Notes under the pieces: model-generated | Seen by the model: the letters and a program-made list of their open reading frames with translations, nothing else | Databases searched by the model: none | Told to the model about the DNA's origin: nothing | NCBI GenBank assembly: GCA_964247055.1 | Contig: OZ176058.1 | Coordinates: 3,162,001 to 3,226,000, forward strand | Direction of reading: 5' to 3' | DNA from: Paragordius varius | Taxonomy: Eukaryota > Animalia > Nematomorpha | DNA length: 64,000 nucleotides | In this document: one piece after another, positions 49,900 to 61,800 of the stretch | Position numbering within the stretch: the first letter of the stretch is position 1 | Layout: every line of letters begins with the position of its first letter | Made by a program: the position numbers and the translations under genes

Positions 49900-52800
49900 C
49901 TTTTCAAATTTGTAGCTTAATAAAAGTATTTGTGGCATATTTAAAATAAATTAAGGTTATGTCGTTTTTTAACGCAAAAATGCGTGCGTTTTTGTCAAAA
50001 TGTTGGTTTATATCATTATAAATAAAAATGATATTTTTATTAATTCTAAAATATTTTGTTTAGTATTACATTTTTCCAGATGTCTGAGGTGTTTAGGTTA
50101 AAAACTAATTTTGGAAAGATGTCATCTAATTAATTATTGATATTTTGGTTTTCGGTTATTCCCAAAATTATTTTAAAGATATTTTTAGAGAGTTAAGCTT
50201 TTAAACAAATGTTTAAAAACAATGCTAACCGGACCGATGATGAATGTTTTTACGGTCATAACAGCATATTGGAAATAAATCTATGCAATTATTACAAAAT
50301 AACCGATAATTTAATATAAAAAATAATTTATTTTATACTTTTTTAAAATTATACGGACAAAAACGTAAAAATTTAGACAAATATATTTTGAAAAGATAAA
50401 ACTTGATATTAATGTAAATTCTTTAATTATAAAATAAATGTAATTGAGTATGCTACCAATTTACATCTCTATTCCATATGTTGCTACCCAAATCTATAAG
50501 TTTTATTTTAAAAATTAAAGGTTCAAAAATACAATTGTTGTTTTTTATTGAAATACTCGTCTGTCTTATTGACGTTTGGTCCGTATAATTTCACTTTTAC
50601 TGTGGTAATGTAACCCTTTTTTACGAGAAACACGAACAAAATTAAATTGAAATCTATATTTTATATATTGGTTTTTTCCATGCTTTTTAATATATACCTT
50701 TTTCACATTTTTTATGTTTTGGTCAAAACATTATCAAATATATCCTTTTTTTCATTAATAAAATAAATTATTTATGCAATACAGTAATGAGAATTATTAT
50801 TAGCTATTTTGGAATTTAAGTAGGCTTAAAGAGAAGGATTTACAAGTGAAAAATTTATTTTATACCTTCTAACAGACAGGCAAATTGAATTTTTTTTAGC
50901 AATTTGAATTTCGAAATGGTCAATCTATAGCTCTCGTTTTTGCATATGTATGATTGATTAACAAATCTAAAATTTGAGACTATATCCAATTATTTTTTTC
51001 GTAATATACCTTGACAATCTCAAATTCAACCTTAAAAAATTCAAATTCCTCGAACGATTCAAATTATGTGTTTTTTAAGATTAAAAATTACCTATATTTT
51101 TTTAATATTTACAAAATGATATGTTGTTTTAAATTTAAAAAATACTAAAAAATAATAATTTATGCTATAAAGATATATTTTATAATAATGACTTATATTA
51201 TCCCGAAACATAATTTATTTTTAGGGTGAATTTATATTGGATAGTAAATATGAGTTAAGGGTGAATTTGAATCGTAAATGGTTAATTTCGAAAGTATTTA
51301 ACAAATATTTTATATATTTTAAACTAATTAAGAATATATTATATTCAAACCTTATTTATATTTTATTATTATAATTTAATTTTCTTCTGTAAGTTTTTTT
51401 AATTAAAAAAAACCAATCAATTTTCATTAAGTTAAAATTTTTTTAAACCCTTTTTCGATTTTCTAACAAGGTTAAGTTGTGAAATATTGTATTGAGAGTG
51501 TTTCAGAACCTAGCATTAAAAAAATTGTTGAAAATTAAAATAATATTTAGCGTTTAGGATTGTAGATATAGCATTATTAATTTTTTTATACGACTCTATG
51601 TTTAAAAAAATGCGTATTAATGTTAAAATTTTTATACAGTGTCTCCTAAAAATATATATTTTAGTATATTACAGACTCTTTCTTTATACCTAAATTTATG
51701 ATATTATACGATGATGACAAAAGGATAGCACACGCATTTTATGTATATCCAAAACTATAAATATATTGATTATTTTTTTATGTTTTTGGACATGCAAAAA
51801 AAATTTTCTACATATAGGTTTTTTTCTGCTTTAATTTTTTTGGTTTTTTGGTTTTATTTTCCAAGCATAAAAGATTCTAGAGGACACACTTGTGTAACTA
51901 AAAGAGATCTTTGACCCCGTTTTAATTTTTTATTGCTCAAAGAATTGTTTTGTCTTTTTGTGTTAAAACTAAAAAGTCACAGAATTTTTAATTACTAATC
52001 TGTGTAATAAGTATGATTTAGCAATTAACACTAAAAGGAATAATATATGCATGATGTCAAAAAAAACCTCAAAATTATTGTAAAACCTCAATTTTAAAGT
52101 ATGATGTCCAAAAAATACAGTAACTAGCATTATTATAGGCTATAACTGTATTTTAGTATATTTAATGTACATATCAGTTAACCATGTAGACTTTTTGTTT
52201 TTATTAATTACTAAATTTTTTTTAAATTCTGTGGAGAAGAAATACAATGTTAATTAAATTTATAATTAATAAAAAATCTCATATATGGCAACAGACATGT
52301 AAATTGAATTTATTCTTTTGGCCACTTAAAATACAGAAATGGCTTATATAAGTTATTGTATGAATTTTTTTGTAATTGAATGTAATATCAATTTTAGTTT
52401 ATGTTTAAATTACATTAAAAATTAAAATTATACGGACAAAATATAAAAAACAAATATTTTTCAATTATAACTCGTTGTTTTGGGTATTGCAAATAATGAA
52501 AAAGAGATGTAAATTGGTAACACATTCAATTATAAATCTTACAGTGGTAATATAAGAAAAAATAAGGTTTAAAAATGTATAATTGTCTTTTAAAAAAAAA
52601 CATTTGTCGTTATATTTTTACATTTTGTTCGTGTACAATTCCAATATTTACTGTAACTTCTTATGATGAATTTTGTAAAATTAGCTATTTATATATCCCA
52701 TATTAGCATTTAGATGAAATTATATATGAAACGATAAATCAAATAAATTGGGTTTTTACCAAATAGAAATTGAAATTATACACTGCTGACAAAACATAAA

Positions 52801-55800
52801 AACTAAATTGAAAATATATTTTTACTTTAAAAAGACAACCAACCATACTTTTTAATTTTTCTTGATTTTTTCCCACATAAAGGTTGTATAAATTTTTAAT
52901 ATAATTATGCATTTTATAGCAGTTAACATCCCAAAACGATACGTTATATAAAATACACAATCTTTAAATAAGTACTTATGAAATTTTTTTTTTACGTTTT
53001 GTCTGTATTTCATTTTTAACTGTACTAACAATATATCGGCATCATGTGTTAATTGAAAATAGTTTATAATGACATAAGTATCAATTTTTTCATTTTTATT
53101 TTTTGTAATATATAAAGGCTTATTTCAACTTATTTAATCGAAATGCTAATTGGTGTTATTGAAATTTATGAAATATGTTTAAATTAGTTACTTTAATTTT
53201 CAAGGAGAAAATATGGTTTATATAGAACCCAGTTTAATATTATCACCATATTTTAGCAAATTTTATCGTTTTTTTGTACAAAGAAGTCTATTTTAAATTT
53301 TTTGTTGATCTCTTTTTATAGAAACTCTGTTAATCATAACCAGTATTAGTGAAATTTAACCTCTGATGGGTTAAAGTTTACAGAAAATCAGAAATAGATC
53401 TGTAATTTTGTTTTACTAATGTTTTCAATTTATATTACTAATTTAGAGAATGAAACTGTAAAATACCTAAACCTTTGCTGTCTATCTTTTTAAAATTCAT
53501 TCTAACAATTCTTAGAGCTGCCTGTTCTTAAATATCCTTGTAAAAATGGTTAGTTTCCCCTAAACATTTTTACAATCAAACATAAAAACATTATTGGATA
53601 AATAATAATGGATTTATGTGGAATGTATCTTTCTGTTTAACTTGTGCCTATAGACATGTTTAATATCTCACTGACTGTGTGTGTCATTGACTCTAACTAA
53701 CATTTTATTTATTATAATTATCTATTTCTAACTGTCCAGTTTTTTGTCGTGTTTTTCTTTTACTATGCTTTTTATACACAAAATTATTGGATTTTTTTGT
53801 AGTTCAGTTTAAGACGTAGACAAAAACTCATTGCACATACCTATAGATTAAATAAATGTTATAAATCTGTTCTCTGAAAATTATCACATTGTAAAATAAA
53901 AAGAGAATTTTATTTAACGCTAAGTAATTGCAAAATGTTTTTTTAATATTTTGCTAAAATTTTTATATCGAACTGTTATTAATATGCAGTAAGGAGAGCT
54001 ATTATTGGCTATTTTGGTTTATTAATGGGCTAAGGGATACTTACATTTATGTATTATTATATATTTTATAAAATTATAAATACCGCCAACACATATGTAA
54101 TTTATCCATTTTAGCCAATTAAAGTACCCAAATGGGCAATAATAGCATTCTTTACTATACTATTATATTGATTAAGTTTAAACGTTAAAAATAAATAATC
54201 TGTTAGTTTGTTTTAGCGTTAAAAGTTTTGGGTTGGGAAACAACATATAAACTGAATAAATGCAAAAAATAAATGTGGAAAACAACTGATTAACATTTTT
54301 AGACTATAAATATCTTTAATTGTTGACATTATAAGTGGTCTATTTTATAATTATCGTTTGGTGTTGTGTGTGGAAAAATTTTGTATTTGGATGCATTCAA
54401 CTTTTTAATTAATTAATACTTTTCAAATTATTTTATTATAAAATTAAATTAGTTGGGAGATAGTAAAACCAAATACTTTTACATTGTAAATAAGATTTAT
54501 AAGTAATATCAAACAAACTTTTTTAAACCCTAAAATATGAACAAGTTAAGCTTCTTGTTAAGATTTTAGAGCACGCAGAAAAAATATATTTGAAGGGTTA
54601 AAAATATAAAATAAATATATGCGATAAAACCAAAAATCTAAAATAAATTTTTTTATCCAATATTATAAAAAAAAACAATAGAGAAATGAAATCCCATTAT
54701 GTTTTAGTTTTTTAAAAAATATAAAATACACATTTTTGAGTTATATCAAGTAAGCTTTTTTTAATATGCACTTGTAAATACTTTGTACAATTAACGAATT
54801 TTTAGTTTTAATCAATAGTTCTATGTTTTACCCAAATATTTTTGGAAAAAAACATTTTAATAGTTATAAAATATTTTCAACAAGCTTGCTTTCAATTGCT
54901 TAAATTAAAATAAAACATAATATTTTTAAAGTCTTTATTTTTTTTCAAATTTTATAAATTATTTTTGTTTTAAATTATATATCAATTACCATTATCCTCG
55001 TGCTTTAATTAATTAGTTTCAAGGTTAGTTTAAACATTTTTTATTTCAGAAGACACTATGATATATATAGTAAAAATTTTTGCCTGCTTTTAAAAGAATT
55101 TTTTCATGTGTTTTAAATTATATATAATTATATATATTATATTGTTTTAATTATACTTTTTTATTATTGTTGTATTTTTCGATTGTGTTTGATCAAGGCT
55201 AAAACTGACGTACTTTTTATTAATAAAACTACTTTACAGTATCATATAAAAGTTGATGTGTGGAGTGCACAAATTTATTATTCGTATCATAGATTCTTCC
55301 CCGTTTGTGGTGTTTAAACTCTGGCACTGTAGATTATTTTTTATATGTTACTGTAACATAAAGACCAGTGCAAGGTTTTAACATGTGCATTTTAACCTTA
55401 AAATTTGCTGATTTTTATATACTAGAAAAATATTTTTATGGTTTGTTATTCGTTTTGATTGAAAATTGATTGATAAATATTAAATAACACAAAAATTTTC
55501 AAAATAAATTTTACGCATTATGAAAAATTATATATTTTAAAAATAAACTTAATTATTCTCAAGTTTATACCAATTTCAGCATTTAAAAACAAAACAGTAC
55601 TTTATCATGTAACCAACCAACATTGTGTCATATTTAAAATTATCTTAGTTTTAGTACAGTTTCAAGTTTTTAATTGGCTAAACGGTTATTCAATTTACAT
55701 TTCGTTCATTCATTGAAAAAGATACTGCCATGTATGGAAAATTTTTGATATAGTTCAATTTAATAAATTTTACCATGATTGAAATCGTTTTTATTTGTTA

Positions 55801-58800
55801 AGAGATTATACAATTTATCGTATATTTTAAAAAAAATTTACAGTTAAGAGAGTATGAGAGTTAGTTAGCCCATAGAGAAATCTAATAGTTAGATGTTGTT
55901 CGTGTTTTAATTAAATCACAAATAGGCCAATAAAATAACTGTATTAACCAATTTTATGACTCTTTATTCCTTAAAAAATTCTTTTTAGGGGAGATGTAAT
56001 CGTGAAAAACCACCATGTAAATACCTTCATCCCCCTCAACACCTGAAAGAACAATTATTGGTGAATGGGAGAAATAATCTTGCCTTAAAGAATGCTGCCC
56101 TAATGGGCCACCTCGCTACTATACACCATCAAGCTCTTGTAAGCTATTTTTAGACGCATATATGATATGGTTAAATTTAACTTAAGGACAACTAAAAGAC
56201 AAATATTTTTTGTAGTATAAAGACAACAGGCATAAACTATATACAGTATGCACAATATTTTAGCCAATTGACAGTATATCTTTGGCTAATTGGCAATACA
56301 GTGGAGTATGGGTAAAAAACAACAAATGGTTGAAATTAAACAATTACTTCCTATCTTACAAATTAGCTTTTATATAATTATAAACAAACTTTGTTTTAAT
56401 CATACACTACTGTGTGTGTTACCAATTGGCCAACATTACATACTGTATTTTTTTGCTTAACTTTACCATTTTTTACTTTTTCCATTACCAGTTAAACGGT
56501 GGTGGCTTAGTAGCTTCGCTCCAACCATCAAATGTGCCCAATATCCTTTATCACCAATCAGCTGTTTTAGGAGGAGGTGGAATGGGACAGGGGGGCGGAA
56601 TCACACCCCATCCGCCAGCACCTCCACCTCCGCCCTTTTTGATTTCAGGGGCCGGTCATCAAACAGCTCCAGCTGGTTTCTTGACCCCAAATGGGTCAAT
56701 ACTTGCTGCTAACAACAACACCAACAACCCGCAGCCTTCTACCATCCTGTTTTGTCCGTCAGCTGTTGTTCCCAACTCCAACAAAAACAAACAAAATCAG
56801 CTGATGGTGAATAATGCACAGGAACAACAACAACAACAACATCAGCTGTTTATGAATCTGAACGGTGGCGGTTTAATTCAACAAGGTCCTTCACATTCCG
56901 GGCAAGTCGTGGGACCCATTGCCCCTTGGATGACTGCTGGTGCAGGCGGGGGAGGTGAGCTTCTGATAGCAGCTGACGGAACACCCATTGCATACATTAC
57001 AACAGGTGTTACACCACCCGCGTCAGCGGCGCATTTAACAGCTGGTCCATTTATGTTTGTGCCACCACCTTCTAATCACGTGTCCTCGTCATCAACCAAT
57101 CAACACGCGTCAGCTGACAACACGGCAGCCGGTCACCTGTTTATGATGGTTAGCGTGCCAAACGATAACGAAATTACACCACCCTATAATGCTTGTTCCA
57201 CAAATTTTACTTCCGGTCATACGCCGGAAATGATAACTTTAAATAATCATAATACATCATCTGTAACCACCAATTTGCTATTTAATGGGCAACATCCTGG
57301 TTTTATTTACTTTTAATATATATTTTTTTGTTTAGAGGGAATTTAAATTCATTTTTATCAATAGGAGACAATTTCTGATTGCCCATATATCGTTGCAATA
57401 TAAGAATATTTAATGTAAACTAATTATTATCGATTTTTCCTCTCTAACTTATTATACTTCAAATGATGTCTGTTTTCCGCATATACTATAAAGTTTGTGG
57501 CTATGTTTGATTTGTAATGTATAAAATTGTGACCAGTGAACTGACCATATATAGTTTAAAAAGCTCAAAACAACCTGTTTTAAAACGTTTTTTTGAATTC
57601 TTATAAGTTTTAAGCACTATTAATTAGAATTTCTGGATATTTTACGCGGAATATATTATAAAATATCCATATTATTCATTGTATAATGCCGCTCCTATTT
57701 AGAGGCCACCATTAAAACTCCCATTTTTCAACAAGGTGTAAGTACTGCTTCTGAACTATGCCCTCGAAAAACTAAACTCCTAAACTTTAACTCAAACAAC
57801 AACAATCCTCTAAAAGTTTACTCAGAACTGAAAAACAACAACAATAATGCCCAAAACTACCCACAAATGGCACAACCATTCCTTTTACCAGCAGCAGAAC
57901 AACAAAATAATACTACCAATAATTTTAATCAAAATGATTTTTATCCTTCAAACGGGACTTTTTTGGTAGCTTTCACCAATGATGAAAACGTTTCTAATGG
58001 GCCTTTTTTACACAATAATAATAATGATTGTAATACAACAACATTTAAAACTTACGACAATAATAATGGACTTTATGAAAGTAAGTTTTTAAACTTTTAA
58101 TGAGCAATGATTACTTTTTGACCATTTGAAAAGAGTTAATTTATGAAAATATTTTTAAATTCACTTATGACAATATTAAGTTTAAACATTTTCATTTATG
58201 CCTTAAAGTTTTAAGTTATTAATTCGGCTTTAAAGATAATTTTAAGTGTTACTTGAAACATTTCACTTTTAAAATTAAATTCCTCTTTGATAATTTAATT
58301 TGTCCTTAAAATTCCTCCTTAAACATCTGAAGGTTGGACCTTGACGTTGATTATAGCCAACATTTCGAATTTGATTTTAACATAAAATCACTTATCAACA
58401 CTTAAATCTCTGAATATTTTTAAAATATTTTATAAATTATGATAATTTTAAGATTAAATTCGCCTCTTGAATATTATTTAATTTGGTAACATATAAAATT
58501 CCCCCATAAACATTTTCAATTCTCCCTTCAACATTTTGAGATTTGGTTTTTTAAACATAATTTACCCTTAAAATTTTAAATTTGTTCTTAAATATTTTAA
58601 ACTCATCTTTAAACATTTCATATTTTAATATCATCCTGGAATATTTTATATTCACTTTTGAACAGGTTCGATTTTTTTTTAAAAATTTGTTCAAATTTAT
58701 AAATAAGCTTTAAATTATATTTACCCTTGATTTCAAAAGTTGGTCTTTTAACATTTTTTAATCACCTATGAACATTTTTAATTCTCCCTTGAATAATCTT

Positions 58801-61800
58801 GAATTCGTCTTAAAAAACTTCAATTCGGTCTTTAACACTATAAATTGACCCAAAAAAATTAATTGTGTAATAATATTAAATAATTCCTATATATATTTTA
58901 AATAATAAAATAATTTTTTGATTTGCATTAACTAAATACAAAAAAATGATAAACTAGGCCTCAATATTGGGTAAAAATACGCTCAATTCTTTTTGATTTT
59001 TTTAAGGATAAATAAATTTTTAAGGGTTATTCTCAAATGTTTAAGGGTGAATTATAAATGTTCAAGGGTAATTTGAAATATTTAAGAGAATTTTTTATAT
59101 ATCACAATTGCACATTTTTAACTAGTCTTTTACTTATTAAAAGTATCCTTAAACTCTTTAAAAAACTTTTTTTTATAAACAACCCATAAATAAGGAATAA
59201 AAATAATTTATACTAATAATCAATATATTTCCCTATAGGTTTACACAAAAATATCAAGAATCAAAAAATAATTTTTTATATATTTTTTTTAAATTATAAT
59301 TTATATAGATGGTCCACAATCATCGGTTTTTTTAGATGACAACAGTAATTTTAACGATGAGGAATTACAAAACGAAACTGAATACACGCAACAAAAGGTA
59401 TTTATTAAAAATTGATCTTTTGTAAATCCGGTAAGGTTTAAAATTATAAAGACAAATATTTTTCAATAAAATCAAATATACTTTTTTAACATTGATATAT
59501 TTAATATAGAATGTTTTGTGATATAATAGGATTTAAAATTATATTATTTTTTAAAAATCAAATTAATTAAATTTTCTTATTCAGAACGATATATTTTAAC
59601 GGAATCTATTTTTTTGATTAGCAAAGTTTAAAATAGAAATGTAAATTGCTAACACAATTAAATAAATAATAATTGTTATTAATTAAACAAGATTTATATA
59701 TGAAAAAATAAGGTTTGAATAGTATGGGTTGTCTTTTAAAAAATATTTTTGTCTTTTTATTTCAATTTTTTACTGTATTTTCATTTTGCTGTATATATTT
59801 TAATTAAATTAAGCGGAATATTGTCAAAAGTTTTAAATATTTCATGGATGCAAACTTTTTTAAAATTATTTTAAATAAATGCAAAATACCATTCATATTT
59901 TTTAGATTGCCAATATTTTCATCATTTTATAACTTTATTATAAAGAATTTAAGTTGCTTTGGCTAAATTAGTTGATTTTAAATTACTTGATTTTTTAGTT
60001 TAATTTAAAACTATAATAAAGCTTTTGTTCAATTTCTTAAAATTTATTTTACCATTTAGGCGACAGATTGTGTTAAAAGTGTCGAATTAAAACTTTCATT
60101 GTCCTCCCCTCATGAAGAATTTAATACTTTGTTGTCAACTAACAACATTTTTAATAACTGTGATACCAATACAAATATCAGTACTACCCCTTATAACTCT
60201 GAAGCAAATTTGCATCATTCTGGCAATTCAATCAAAAATTGCGGCGAAATTCTGATGAATGGAACAACCAAAAAGATTACTTTTTCATCGGCTAACAACA
60301 ATAATAAAAAACACAAAATTTTAAATAGCAATTACGTTTTTAACTCAAATAATGAAGAAGAGTTTATCAATGGTACAACTCAAATTATAACAGGTACTTC
60401 ATTAAAATATGCCGCCACCCATAATAAATGTTCTGGTCATCAAAATGGTGTTTTTGACAAAAATAATATGAATTTTATACCACCGAAAAACTGTGATTAC
60501 AAGTATAATTCAACAATGCCACCCGGTTTTATGAAATCAAATTCGGTGAACTACTTATCAAACAAAAATAACAAAAATGAGCAATTTTTTGTTACGGCTT
60601 CGAAGGGCGAACAACCCCCATGTATACAAAATATAGTCGATTTTCCTCCACTGAATACAATTGTGACATCAGACACTGCAAATTCTAAAGAACAAACCTT
60701 AAATAATTCCAATCGTAAAATAATTGATCATTCGTCTTTGGTAGAAAAGTGCAATACAAAACAACAAGATAATGTTGTAGATAACGATAAAAATAATAGT
60801 TATAACCTATTATCATTGGGTTCAAACGTGACTCAATCGCAAAAAAAGTTGTTATTACAAAACAATAATAATACAGAATCCTCAGAGAATGGCGACCATG
60901 AAAATATGTCAAAATCAAACATTGGTATATTTTAGGGTTTAGAAAAATTGAAATGAAATACCTATAGTAAAAATTGAAATTTATACAGTAAAAATTGAAA
61001 TTAAACAGGCAGACGAATAAAAATACAGTAAAAATTGAAATTATACGAGCAGACGAATTTAATAACAGTATTAAAAATTATACAGGCAGACAAAACATAA
61101 AAGCAACAGTAAAAATTTTAATAATACAGACTTAACGTAAAAACATAAGGACAAATATTAATTTCAAAAGATCATACTTTTTTAAACCCTATTTTCATAT
61201 AAACTATATAATTATATTTGTAAATTATTTGAGTTAATTGTAAATTTCCGTCTCTAATTTCCATTTCGCCACTTAAAACTATTTATTGGATTAAAAAACA
61301 AGATTTTATAAAATTATAAATATATCATGAAAAAATTTTTTTGTCTATTATTAATTTTACCGTTTTGTCTATGTAATTTTTTCCCATATTTCGTAGCTTA
61401 AAATTTTATAAATTTTATTTTTTATTATTTTTTTAGAATGTGAATCCAGTAACACACATAGTGCAGATCACCCTGAAAAAGTATGTTTTTGCTATTTAAA
61501 TTACTTATTTATTAAAATCTTACAGTTAAAATCAAATTATAGACACAAAAACGTCAAATATATTTACTTTCAAAAAACAACCATATTTTTTAAACTTAAT
61601 TTTTTTCTTTTTAACTTTTGTGATTTCAAAATATTAATATAGTGTGTTATCAAAGTTATATTATCAAGACTTTCTAACTATATAGGTTACATTAAAAATG
61701 AATAAAAAATTTAAAAAATAAGCTTTTCTTTTAGAAAAAAAATTATATTTCAATTTTACATAAATATATGTAAAAACGGTGTTTTTTACAATTTATGCTC

